A DNA stretch of 64,000 nt from Eledone cirrhosa (taxonomy: Eukaryota). This document shows, one piece after another, positions 11,807 to 23,452 of this stretch (positions are counted from its first letter, which is position 1; the number at the start of each line of letters is the position of its first letter). The stretch covers positions 41,292,001 to 41,356,000 of the forward strand of contig OZ024750.1 of assembly GCA_964016885.1 (NCBI GenBank). Reading direction: 5' to 3'. Below the pieces are notes generated by a model. The model did no database searches and was not told the origin of the DNA. It saw only the letters and a list, made by a program, of their open reading frames with translations. The position numbers and the translations under genes were made by a program.

Positions 11807-12395
11807 TATATGAATGTATATACAGTGTATTTTGCAATACTTTACGCTATTGTTTTAAAGTAGTGACAATGTCACTTACTTCAATTTTCAGCAAACAAGG
11901 GGAGATAAGTTGACAGAGCTCTGTTTCGTACTTGTTGGTACTTATCAAACCTCAGCACTCCTATTTGCTGAAAATTATGAATGTTGGATTCTTATAGAAT
12001 ACATATATTTTTATACACATACATACAGATACATATATACATACACACATATATAGACACACACATATATATATATATATATACACACATATATACATGC
12101 ATATACATACACATATATATACATATACATACACACATATAGTTATAGATATAGATACATATCTGAGTAAGATATAAAAAAAATCATATATACCAATTAT
12201 ATAGCATATGCATTCATGCATGAATGTGCTTGCATATGTGCATGTATGTGTGCATCTATATCTGCATGTATGTGTTTGTATGCAAGCATGTTTCTGTGGA
12301 GATGTCATTCCCATTTAACCTATAAATCTTTTCTTCTTCATTTCACACATATATATATGTATGTATATATACATAAGTGTGTATATATATATATG

Positions 12396-13100
12396 TGGAT
12401 GGGTGCTACACGAGAATGCTGAGAATGGCTCTGAACATTAATCAGTATACACATGGAGGCACATGGCTTAGTGGTTAGAGCATTGGCCTTGCAATCGAAA
12501 GGTTGTGAGTTCAATTCTCAGACTGGGTGATGTGTTGTTTCCTTGAGCAAGACACTTTATTTCACATTGCTCCAGTTTACTCAGCTGTAGAAATGAGATG
12601 ATAGGGACTGGGGTCCATATCATTCCACTGCAAAGTGGTCGTGGAGGTCCCACGAAAAAAAAACACCCAGCACTCACTGTAAATGAGGTTGGTGTTAGGA
12701 AGGGCATCCAGCTGTAGAAATCAAGCCAGAATCAGTTCCCGTCCCACCCTTGCAAGCAGGGAAAAAGCGGACGTAAATGAAATGATGATGAATGATGACA
12801 CTGAGGATGAAAAACTCAGAGCTGTATGGGAGCATCCCAAAAGTCAGCTCAAAAGTGACACAGAGGAGACTGAGGTTAGCTGGACATGCTCACCGACATC
12901 CAGAGTTGACATTGCACTCAGTGCTCCTGTGGGAGCTCCTACATGGACACACTGGAAGAGGAAGACCAAGGTTAACGTATGTTGATGCCCTGAGGACAGA
13001 CACTGGTCTGTTGGAGACACAGGACATGGCAGCGATAATGAGGGACAGAGACCTCTGGAGAGAACTTGTCCATGGATCTCAGGAATTTTACCCGCCCTAG
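12396..13100 (+). mobile_element. LINE 3' fragment interrupted by a CORE-SINE (12455-12798)
   Basis: Reads DGCYTRMLRMALNINQYT|LRMKNSELYG...RRLRLAGHAHRHPE...GRGRPRLTYVD across the SINE. An uninterrupted copy lies at 24674-24985 (-). Confidence 0.8.
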
Positions 13101-13112
13101 AATATATATATA

Positions 13113-13492
13113 TAAATGTAATCTGAGTTTTTCGAATATTAATAATAACATTCGATTCATTTGCAATTATGCAAACAAGCCTCAATTTTATAGCCATGTC
13201 GGTAGAATGAACCCTTCATTCTTGCTCTTGTGTTGGCATTTCACTAGCTCTGACAATTTGGCAGGTGAACAGTGAGCTGTACTGATGATCGGTGATACAC
13301 AGAAACATTAGTGTCTGCAGTTCTGTTTGCATGCCAACATAAGAGCAAGAATGAAGTGTTCATTCTACTGACATGGCTATAAAATTGAGGCTTGTTTGCA
13401 TAATTGCAAACGAATCGAATGTTATTATTAATATTCGAAAAACTCAGATTACATTTATTGTATTCAGCCATGTAGAGCGAAATTTTCTGTTT
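13113..13492. mobile_element. Inverted-arm insertion in (TA)n with central hammerhead (family B)
   Basis: Arms 13113-13238 and 13330-13458 are reverse complements. Other copies lie at 57900-58160 and 61690-61793. Confidence 0.8.
13274..13323 (+). ncRNA. Type-I hammerhead ribozyme motif (family B)
   Basis: gagctgta-CTGATGA-tcggtgatacaca-GAAAC-attagt-GTC-tgcagttc. Stems I and III pair, stem II is weak in this copy. Confidence 0.7.
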
Positions 13493-13509
13493 TATATATA
13501 TATATAAAT

Positions 13510-13693
13510 AATTGTTTCTACATTAGGCTCAAGGCCAGCAATTACCCAGTTCATTACTGGTACTTTATTTTATCGACCCCGTAAGGATGAAAGGCAAAGT
13601 TATAACCTCGGCGAGATTTGAACTCAGATCGTAAAGGGACGTAACTATGCTGGAAATCATGGCGTCCGACCCTCTACCGATACTGCCAATCCA
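13510..13693 (-). mobile_element. Meta-domain-like SINE
   Basis: Same family as 872-1055. Confidence 0.8.
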
Positions 13694-13704
13694 CACACAC
13701 ACAT

Positions 13705-14164
13705 CTTCATGCAGCAATACCAGGATGAAACTGCGCCTGTACAAGAGCATCGTGCTGCTGATAGTGCTTTACGTGAGCGAAACCCGGAAGAGCACGGCAA
13801 AGAGAGAGAGAGATAGGTGAACATATTCCAGCAATGGTGCCTGTGAGGGATTGTTCATGTGTCCAGGCATGACCGATTACAGAGAGCTGAGTCACGGACG
13901 CTACAGAGGGAGGTTATTAAGCATCAGAGCTGCCTGGCTGGCCATATTCCACAAGTGCCCAACGAACAACACTCGAAAATGATGATGAACTGGACTCCAC
14001 CTGGTGACAAAAGCAAGCGGGGTTGCCCCAGGATCATCTGGTCATGAACATTCCCAAAAGACCTGATGGCAGTCAACATCATTTGGCACAGACGCGAAAA
14101 AGCAGCCATTGTTCGTTGGTGACTACTTACTGCTTGATAAGCCGGAAGGCGCAGAAGAACCTAA

Positions 14165-14165
<1 letters not shown>
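13705..14165 (+). mobile_element. Degraded LINE C-terminal fragment
   Basis: Pieces KLRLYKSIVLLIVLYVSET, LAGHIPQVPNE and NWTPPGDKSKRGCPRIIW. Confidence 0.6.
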
Positions 14166-14196
<31 letters not shown>

Positions 14197-14376
14197 CGTA
14201 TATTTTCCAGAACGAAAGCTACGTACGTGGATGTGTGGATGCACAATCTAAGCCACATGCACAGTTGGAAACCGGCTGTAACAACCTTTATATGTTGAAG
14301 ATAATAACTATAATATATCATTGTAATAATAATCATCACTGTTTAATGTATACCTTTCCATTCTTGCATGGGTTGG

Positions 14377-15916
14377 CCAGGTCACCGACGTCATGAGACA
14401 AGTCTGGTTAGTTGGCTGCACCGTACCTTGCTCAGACAGAACCCCAGGTCAGCCACATCATGAGACAAGTCTGGTTAGTTGGCTGCACCGTACCTTGCTC
14501 AAACAGAACCCCAGGTCAGCCACATCATGAGACAAGTCTGGTTAGTTGGTCACACCACTCCTTGCTCAGACAGAACCCCAGGTCAGCCACATCATGAGAC
14601 AAGTCTGGTTAGTTGGCTGCACTGGACCTTGCTCAGACAGAACCCCAGGTCAGCCACATCATCAGACAAGTCTGGTTAGCTGGTCACACCACTCCTTGCT
14701 CAGACAGAACCCCAGGTCAGCCACATCATCAGACAAGTCTGGTTAGTTGGTCACACCACTCCTTGCTCAGACAGAACCCCAGGTCAGCCACATCATGAGA
14801 CAAGTCTCGTTAGTTGGCCGTACCGTACCTTGCTCAGACAGAACCCCAGGTCAGCCACATCATCAGACAAGTCTGGTTAGTTGGCTGCACCATACCTTGC
14901 TCAGACAGAACCCCAGGTCAGCCACATCATCAGACAAGTCTGGTTAGTTGGTCACACCACTCCTTGCTCAGACAGAACCCCAGGTCAGCCACATCATGAG
15001 ACAAGTCTGGTTAGTTGGCTGCACCATACCTTGCTCAGACAGAACCCCAGGTCAGCCACATCATCAGACAAGTCTCGTTAGTTCGCTGCACCGTACCTTG
15101 CTCAGACAGAACCCCAGGTCAGCCACATCATCAGACAAGTCTGGTTAGTTGGCTGCACTGGACCTTGCTCAGACAGAACCCCAGGTCAGCCACATCATCA
15201 GACAAGTCTGGTTAGTTGGCTGCACCGTACCTTGCTCAGACAGAACCCCAGGTCAGCCACATCATCAGACAAGTCTGGTTAGTTGGCTGCACCATACCTT
15301 GCTCAGACAGAACCCCAGGTCAGCCACATCATCAGACAAGTCTCGTTAGTTCGCTGCACCGTACCTTGCTCAGACAGAACCCCAGGTCAGCCACATCATC
15401 AGACAAGTCTGGTTAGTTGGCTGCACCATACCTTGCTCAGACAGAACCCCAGGTCAGCCACATCATCAGACAAGTCTGGTTAGTTGGCTGCACCATACCT
15501 TGCTCAGACAGAACCCCAGGTCAGCCACATCATCAGACAAGTCTGGTTAGTTGGCTGCACCGTACCTTGCTCAGACAGAACCCCAGGTCAGCCACATCAT
15601 GAGACAAGTCTCGTTAGTTCGCTGCACCATACCTTGCTCAGACAGAACCCCAGGTCAGCCACATCATGAGACAAGTCTCGTTAGTTGGCCGTACCGTACC
15701 TTGCTCAGACAGAACCCCAGGTCAGCCACATCATGAGACAAGTCTGGTTAGTTGGTCACACCACTCCTTGCTCAGACAGAACCCCAGGTCAGCCACATCA
15801 TCAGACAAGTCTGGTTAGCTGGTCACACCACTCCTTGCTCAGACAGAACCCCAGGTCAGCCACATCATCAGACAAGTCTGGTTAGCTGGCTGCACCGTAC
15901 CTTGCTCAGACAGAAC
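14377..15916. repeat. 67-bp minisatellite, about 23 copies
   Basis: Unit ccaggtcagccacatcatcagacaagtctggttagttggctgcaccgtaccttgctcagacagaacc. ORF starts recur every 67 bp. Confidence 0.95.
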
Positions 15917-16209
15917 TGTAATTTGGCTGAAATCTTTGTACGTGGCTGACCCTTCCTAACACCAGCCACGTTTATAGTGTGGAACAGGATAGTACCGTTA
16001 TGAGGAGAGACAGGCCAGTAGACTATGGTATACCCTGCTCACATCGGAACCATAGTTTAGGTTTCATTAAAGGGAAGTCTGGTCTGGCCAGTTGGCCACA
16101 TTAAGCTTTACTCATAGTGGAGCCATTTTACTGGGTGGGCCTGTTATGAGCCAAGTCTGGCCAGAAGGCTTGACCGCGCAATATCAGGACTGTTACTATA
16201 TTTTGAGAG

Positions 16210-16820
16210 CTGGGTGGTCCAACTATGAGGAAGGTCTGGCCAGGTGGCTGCACCATGCCTTGCTCACATTGGGACCTTAAATTGGGGCTAGCTGGTCCCA
16301 CTATGAGGGATGTCTGGTCAGTTGACCATGCCATGCCTTGCTCAGAGTGGGACCTTAAATTGGGGCTAGCTGGTCCCACTATGAGGGATGTCTGGTCAGT
16401 TGACCATGCCATGCCTTGCTCAGAGTGGGACCTTAAATTGGGGCTAGCTGGTCCCACTATGAGGGATGTCTGGTCAGTTGACCATGCCATGCCTTGCTCA
16501 GAGTGGGACCTTAAATTGGGGCTAGCTGGTCCCACTATGAGGGATGTCTGGTCAGTTGACCATGCCATGCCTTGCTCAGAGTGGGACCTTAAATTGGGGC
16601 TAGCTGGTCCCACTATGAGGGATGTCTGGTCAGTTGACCATGCCATGCCTTGCTCAGAGTGGGACCTTAAATTGGGGCTAGCTGGTCCTACTATGAGGGA
16701 TGTCTGGTCAGTTGACCATGCCATGCCTTGCTCAGAGTGGGACCTTAAATTGGGGCTAGCTGGTCCTACTATGAGGGATGTCTGGTCAGTTGACCATACC
16801 ATGCCTTGCTCAGAGTGGGG
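16210..16820. repeat. 78-bp minisatellite, about 7.5 copies
   Basis: gggaccttaaattggggctagctggtcc recurs at 16271, 16349, 16427 and onward. Confidence 0.95.
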
Positions 16821-17776
16821 GCCATGTTGTCACAGTTCTTTTGTCATACATTGTACAACCTGTAAGGTGTTGGCAGCAGGAAGATTTGAGAGGACCCTTC
16901 AGTTGTGTCACAATGTAACAACCTCTAAGGTGCTGGTAATCAATATGATAAACACACCCAGTACACACTGTAAAGTGGCTGGTGATAGGAAGGGCATCCA
17001 GCCAAAGAAAGCTTGCCAAACAAAAGGTTGGGAGGACCCTTTAGTTGTGTCAAAGACATGACAACCTCTCCTATGTAGTTGGTAGAACATGAGACTATAC
17101 ATAAGAGAGATGTAGTAGCCTGTCTGGCAGGTCAATAGCCCTGCTTCAGGACTAATTTGGTCTTGTAGACCCATCCAACCCTCGCTAACAGGAAAAGAAG
17201 ACGTTAAACAATGATGATGATGATATATGTATATATATATGTATAAACATATACATATATACATACATACATACATATATACATACATATATATATACAT
17301 ACATATATATATACATACATATCAAGGGCGGTGCCCCAGCATGGCCTCAGTCGGATGGCTGGAACAGGTAAAAGAGTAAAAGAGTATACACATCTCTTTA
17401 CAGAATGTATTAAGGGTATCATTGCACTAACACTAGGGAGGTTGGCATATCCTTAGCAAGACCAACGGGTCCTTTTGGACGTGTCTTGTCTCTGATCATG
17501 AACTATTTTACAGAGTGTACTGGGTGCAATTTATCATGGCACAAACATGGCTACAATATTGCCTATAGTTACAATTTACTATAACATTGACACAAGTCCA
17601 GAAATTTGTGGGGAGAGGAATTAATTATATCAACCCCTAGTACTTTACTGCTTCGTTTTTTTATCGACCTCAAAAGGATGAAAGGCAAAGTTGACTTTGA
17701 CGGGATTTGAACTAAGAGTGCCGACTTTGAGAACTTCTGTTTTAGATAATGAAAGCTATACCCATTTTCACAAGAG

Positions 17777-18222
17777 AAGGCACATGGCTTAGTGGTTAGA
17801 GCATTGGGCTTGCAATCGAAAGGTTGTGAGTTCAATTTTCGGACCGGGTGATGTGTTGTTTCCTTGAGCAAGACACTTTATTTCACATTGCTCCAGTTTA
17901 CTCAGCTGTAGAAATTAGATGATAGGGACTGGGGTCCCTATCATTCCACTGTAAAGTGGTCGTAGAGGTGCCACGGCAAAAAAGCACCCAGCCCTCACTG
18001 TAAAGTGGACGTGTAGGCGCCACGGAGAAAAAGCACCCAGCACTCACTGTAAATGAGGTTGGTGTTAGGAAGGGCATCCAGCTGTAGAAATCAAGCCAGA
18101 ATCAGTTCCCGTATGAGCAAGACAAGGTCAGCCGACCAGACACTGCCCACAACAGGACAACCCGTCTAACCCATGCTAGCGTGGAAGAACGGACATAAAA
18201 CGGTAATGATGATGATGATGAT
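17777..18222 (+). mobile_element. CORE-type SINE with an alternative RTE tail
   Basis: Same head as 2335, but the tail matches the LINE end at 8900-9150. Confidence 0.85.
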
Positions 18223-18809
18223 GAAGGCATCTCTCCCCCACACCAAAGTGGGTCGGGAGATGACCCCCCTTGGACGGGGAGAGTTGATAGGTCTGAAAGT
18301 ACCAGTTACATACTGGGGTCACTATAATTAATGTTCCTTTCCCCACAAATTGCTGGCCTTGTAACCAAAGTTAAACAGAATTATCACAAGGATGATGAAC
18401 CAGTAGAGCATCACACTAAATACTTTGCAGTATTTCTACCTTTTCTACATTCTCAGTTCAAATCAACTTTGTCTTTTATCCTTCTGGGGTATATATATAT
18501 ATAAAATAAAGTACCAGTAATGTACTGAAGTTTGTTTAATCAACTTTCCCCTTCCCCAAAAAATTATTAACATTGTGCCAAAGCTAGAAAAAATTACTGT
18601 CCTGTACAGCCCTCTATCTCCCTATATGCCATTAACGTCACTGCAACAGCAACTGCAGAAGGCAACTGACCATTATTATCTCCTTTGGCATTATAGACAA
18701 GAATACTGCAACCCATTTTCTACAGATAGCCATAAATATCTTCAACAGCTTTCTTTATGCTTTAGTTTAATTCAGAATAGTTTGGCTGACAATGTGTTAA
18801 GCAATGAAT

Positions 18810-19345
18810 GTTTTAAACACAGCTAGCTATTGCTTGTTTTACCATTTCTTTTGGTGGCCTGTCTCTAGAAATATAATTTAAACACAGCTAGCTATTGTTT
18901 GTGTTAACACATATTTTGGTGGCTTATCTCTAGAAATATCATTTAAACACAGCTAGCTATTGTTTGTGTTAACACATCTTTTGGTGGCTTATCTCTAGAA
19001 ATATCATTTAAACACAGCTAGCTATTGTTTGTGTTAACACATCTTTTGGTGGCTTATCTCTAGAAATATAATTTAAACACAGCTAGCTGTTGTTTGTGTT
19101 AGCACATCTTTTGGTGGCTTATCTCTAGAAATATAATTTAAACACAGCTAGCTATTGTTTGTGTTAACACATCTTTTGGTGGCTTATCTCTAGAAATATA
19201 ATTTAAACACAGCTAGCTATTGTTTGTGTTAACACATCTTTTGGTGGCTTATCTCTAGAAATATAATTTAAACACAGCTAGCTATTGTTTGTGTTAACAC
19301 ATCTTCACTTTAACTCTAGAAATATAATTTAAACACAGCTAGCTA
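18810..19345. repeat. 65-bp minisatellite, about 8 copies
   Basis: aacacagctagctattg recurs at 18881, 18946, 19011 and onward. Confidence 0.95.
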
Positions 19346-19725
19346 TGAAGACAGATATAAATATCTGCCTTCAAGAAACCACTGGTAAATGAAATAATTA
19401 TCTTATGTTTTTATTACATAACTATATATATATGAAAACAAATAACGAAACGAAATTAAATTTCGTTTCGCTTCTAACTCACTTTTGTATGACTGACGCT
19501 TAAACAATTAAGTTAAAGTGTACATCTACATATGTATACGGAAGTACTAGTATGCATATAAATACACACATGTATACATATGTACATGTACTGAGTTTTT
19601 CACTAGACACTTTACAGTGAGTGTCCAGCTAGTCTGTATGTAACCACACAGACGGACCGGGTTTTAGAGTCATACGAGTTTTCAAGGAAACACATTTCCT
19701 CTATTCTCCAGAGAGCCAGACAGGA

Positions 19726-19768
19726 ATATTGGACTAGTTTCGATGTTATTACATCTCATCAGCAATAT
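19726..19768 (-). ncRNA. Minimal type-I hammerhead ribozyme (family A)
   Basis: Reverse complement of 20686-20728. Confidence 0.85.
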
Positions 19769-20685
19769 ATACCCATCTTCCGGCTTCTCTAGAGAATTGT
19801 AAAAGCACATATCGTTATATGCTTTTTCTATGAAAATTAGTAGTGGGTAGACTAATTTGCATAGAACGTGAGTCATTGTACGCACCGGTTCAGCGGAAAC
19901 GATAAAAACAAATAACGAAACGAAATTAAATTTCGTTTCGCTTCTAACTCACTTTTGTATGACTGACGCTTAAACAATTAAGTTAAAGTGTACATCTACA
20001 TATGTATACGGAAGTACTAGTATGCATATAAATACACACATGTATACATATGTACATGTACTGAGTTTTTCACTAGACACTTTACAGTGAGTGTCCAGCT
20101 AGTCTGTATGTAACCACACAGACGGACCGGGTTTTAGAGTCATACGAGTTTTCAAGGAAACACATTTCCTCTATTCTCCAGAGAGCCAGACAGGAATATT
20201 GGACTAGTTTCGATGTTATTGCTGATGAGATGTAATAACATCGAAACTAGACCAATATTCCTGTCTGGCTCTCTGGAGAATAGAGGAAATGTGTTTCCTT
20301 GAAAACTCGTATGACTCTAAAACCCGGTCCGTCTGTGTGGTTACATACAGACTAGCTGGACACTCACTGTAAAGTGTCTAGTGAAAAACTCAGTACATGT
20401 ACATATGTATACATGTGTGTATTTATATGCATACTAGTACTTCCGTATACATATGTAGATGTACACTTTAACTTAATTGTTTAAGCGTCAGTCATACAAA
20501 AGTGAGTTAGAAGCGAAACGAAATTTAATTTCGTTTCGTTATTTGTTTTTATCGTTTCCGCTGAACCGGTGCGTACAATGACTCACGTTCTATGCAAATT
20601 AGTCTACCCACTACTAATTTTCATAGAAAAAGCATATAACGATATGTGCTTTTACAATTCTCTAGAGAAGCCGGAAGATGGGTAT

Positions 20686-20728
20686 ATATTGCTGATGAGA
20701 TGTAATAACATCGAAACTAGTCCAATAT
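20686..20728 (+). ncRNA. Minimal type-I hammerhead ribozyme (family A)
   Basis: atattg-CTGATGA-gatgt-aata-acatc-GAAAC-ta-GTC-caatat. Stems I and II are perfect and stem III is palindromic (ACTAGT). Predicted cleavage after 20722. Confidence 0.9.
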
Positions 20729-21296
20729 TCCTGTCTGGCTCTCTGGAGAATAGAGGAAATGTGTTTCCTTGAAAACTCGTATGACTCTAAAACCCGGTCC
20801 GTCTGTGTGGTTACATACAGACTAGCTGGACACTCACTGTAAAGTGTCTAGTGAAAAACTCAGTACATGTACATATGTATACATGTGTGTATTTATATGC
20901 ATACTAGTACTTCCGTATACATATGTAGATGTACACTTTAACTTAATTGTTTATATATATATGTATATATATATATATATATATGATCAGAGATAAATAA
21001 TGTAATGGAGATCGAGTGATGCAGCTTCGAGCGATTAGCGGCCTCTAGACTCACCTGATCAATGAAACAATTGTTAATACCTGAAATAAAGCCCCTTATT
21101 GTACAGCCAACCATGTTACTCTTCATTCTTTCACTATTATTACTCCAAGTATAACCTACATAGAAATTACCGCGAACTCACTGCATAACTATGGAAACAT
21201 CTTGTTGAGTCAAACAAAGCCGTACGTTAAAACTATCCACGACACAGAGTACTCACAACCTCTAACTGGATTACCTAGAACGATAACTTGTTATCT

Positions 21297-21338
<42 letters not shown>

Positions 21339-21354
21339 TATATAGAGAGAGATT

Positions 21355-22608
21355 GTGTAGGTGTCACGACAAAAAAACACACAGTCCACGTTGTAATGTG
21401 GCCGTGTAGGCAACACGGTAAAAACCTCCCAGCCCCACACTGTAAATGTGGTTGGTGTTAGGAAGGGCATCCAGCTGTAGAAAACCCGCCAGACAGTCCA
21501 CGCTGTAATGTGGCCGTGTAGGCAACACGGTAAAAACCTCCCAGCCCCACACTGTAAATGTGGTTGGTGTTAGGAAGGGCATCCAGCTGTAGAAAACCCG
21601 CCAGACAGTCCACGCTGTAATGTGGCCGTGTAGGCAACACGGTAAAAACCTCCCAGCCCCACACTGTAAATGTGGTTGGTGTTAGGAAGGGCATCCAGCT
21701 GTAGAAAACCCGCCAGACAGTCCACGCTGTAATGTGGCCGTGTAGGCAACACGGTAAAAACCTCCCAGCCCCACACTGTAAATGTGGTTGGTGTTAGGAA
21801 GGGCATCCAGCTGTAGAAAACCCGCCAGACAGTCCACGCTGTAATGTGGCCGTGTAGGCAACACGGTAAAAACCTCCCAGCCCCACACTGTAAATGTGGT
21901 TGGTGTTAGGAAGGGCATCCAGCTGTAGAAAACCCGCCAGACAGTCCACGCTGTAATGTGGCCGTGTAGGCAACACGGTAAAAACCGCCCAGCCCCACAC
22001 TGTAAATGTGGTTGGTGTTAGGAAGGGCATCCAGCTGTAGAAAACCCGCCAGACAGTCCACGCTGTAATGTGGCCGTGTAGGCAACACGGTAAAAACCTC
22101 CCAGCCCCACACTGTAAATGTGGTTGGTGTTAGGAAGGGCATCCAGCTGTAGAAAACCCGCCAGACAGTCCACGCTGTAATGTGGCCGTGTAGGCAACAC
22201 GGTAAAAACCTCCCAGCCCCACACTGTAAATGTGGTTGGTGTTAGGAAGGGCATCCAGCTGTAGAAAACCCGCCAGACAGTCCACGCTGTAATGTGGCCG
22301 TGTAGGCAACACGGTAAAAACCTCCCAGCCCCACACTGTAAATGTGGTTGGTGTTAGGAAGGGCATCCAGCTGTAGAAAACCCGCCAGACAGTCCACGCT
22401 GTAATGTGGCCGTGTAGGCAACACGGTAAAAACCTCCCAGCCCCACACTGTAAATGTGGTTGGTGTTAGGAAGGACATCCAGCTGTAGAAAACCCGCCAG
22501 ACAGTCCTATGCGAGCAAGACAACCACTCTTGCCTCAAGTGGGAAAACTCCCGTCCAAACCCATGCAAGCGTGGAACGTGGACGTTAAACGATGATGATG
22601 ATGATGAT
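21355..22608 (+). repeat. 112-bp tandem array (10 copies) inside an RTE 3'-UTR module
   Basis: gg(g/a)catccagc recurs every 112 bp from about 21465 to 22473, followed by the usual ggacgttaaac(gat)n tail. Confidence 0.9.
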
Positions 22609-22639
22609 GATATATATATGTATAAATGCATATGTATGT

Positions 22640-23017
22640 ACGTACAAAGTGAAACCTACAGTCAGTAGGCACCTCTTAACCAAATATACACCCCAATCCA
22701 CTACCCCTACCCTATCCTCCCACTCCCACCAACAGCATGAGAAAATGAGATGGAGTTCGTGTAGGTGTCACGACAAAAAAACACACACAGTCCACGCTGT
22801 AATGTGGCCGTGTAGGTAACACGGTAAAAAGTTCCCAGTTCCACACTGTAAATGTGGTTGGTGTTAAGAAGGGCATCCAGCCGTAGAAAACCTGCCAGAT
22901 AGTCCTGTATGAGCGAGACACGGTCACCCGACCAGCCTTGCCTCAAGTGGGACAACTCCCGTCTAACCCATGCTAGCGTGGAAAATGGACGTTAAACGAA
23001 GATGATGATGATGATGA
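22640..23017 (+). mobile_element. RTE LINE 3' UTR with a single 112-bp unit
   Basis: Homologous to 30038-30420 (-) and 32620-33022. Confidence 0.75.
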
Positions 23018-23025
23018 TATATATA

Positions 23026-23215
23026 TAACGAAGGAAATGTGGTAAGGAACCAGGTGGACCATAACGCACCAAAGTACTCAATACTTAGGGTAGTAGAGTG
23101 GGTAATAGGAACCAGTAAGACCCCGACGGCTGAGCTCAAACCGTTTCGACGGCTAATTCTGAATTAGCCGTCGAAACGGTTTGAGCTCAGCCGTCGGGGT
23201 CTTACTGGTTCCTAT
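23026..23215. mobile_element. Palindromic insertion in (TA)n (family D)
   Basis: Perfect 55-bp arms 23105-23159 and 23161-23215. Carries the HHR 3' half GAAAC-gg..cc-GTC. Confidence 0.8.
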
Positions 23216-23278
23216 ATATATATATATATATAAATATGGTTTTATAAATACAGTTTCCATTTATTTAATATCATTGTA

Positions 23279-23452
23279 TATGACCCCGACGGCAGAGCTC
23301 AAGCCGTTTCGACGGCTATTTCTGGATTAGTCGAAACGGCTTGAGCTCTGCCGTCGGGGTCATACTTTTTCCTATTCCCCACTCTACTACCATAAGTGTT
23401 GAGTACTTTGGTGCGTTATGGTCCATCTGGTTCCTTACCACAATTCCTTCGT
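23279..23452. mobile_element. Palindromic insertion (family D), second copy
   Basis: atgaccccgacggcagagctcaagccgtttcgac...gtcgaaacggcttgagctctgccgtcggggtcat plus the same tail. Confidence 0.8.

Larger units (their letters stand above)
19435..20953. mobile_element. Retrozyme-like element (family A): tandem 470-bp HHR monomers arranged as a head-to-head palindrome in (TA)n
   Basis: 470-bp period (19435/19905 and 20221/20691). Arms 19501-20220 and 20234-20953 are 720-bp reverse complements. Each monomer carries one HHR. Confidence 0.85.

Noticed and set aside
12799-13100. Apparent identical 5' truncation shared with 24674-24975
   Set aside because: The first copy continues upstream at 12396-12452 on the other side of an inserted SINE.
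14377-15916. CRISPR-like array (constant block plus variable cassette)
   Set aside because: The variable part is about 12 nt and drawn from a few related variants that recur. There are no unique spacers or cas genes, and the context is eukaryotic.
16128-17061. 224-aa and 278-aa repetitive ORFs
   Set aside because: They are by-products of a 78-bp (multiple of 3) minisatellite that is open on both strands.
19682-20772. Identical 67-aa ORFs on opposite strands
   Set aside because: They are a consequence of the palindrome. The ORF starts at a non-ATG codon, crosses the ribozyme and has no recognisable motif.
20985-21300. Possible hammerhead at ctgatca-at-gaaacaattgtt
   Set aside because: The core box is mismatched, there is no stem II and no convincing stem I. 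The segment remains unidentified.
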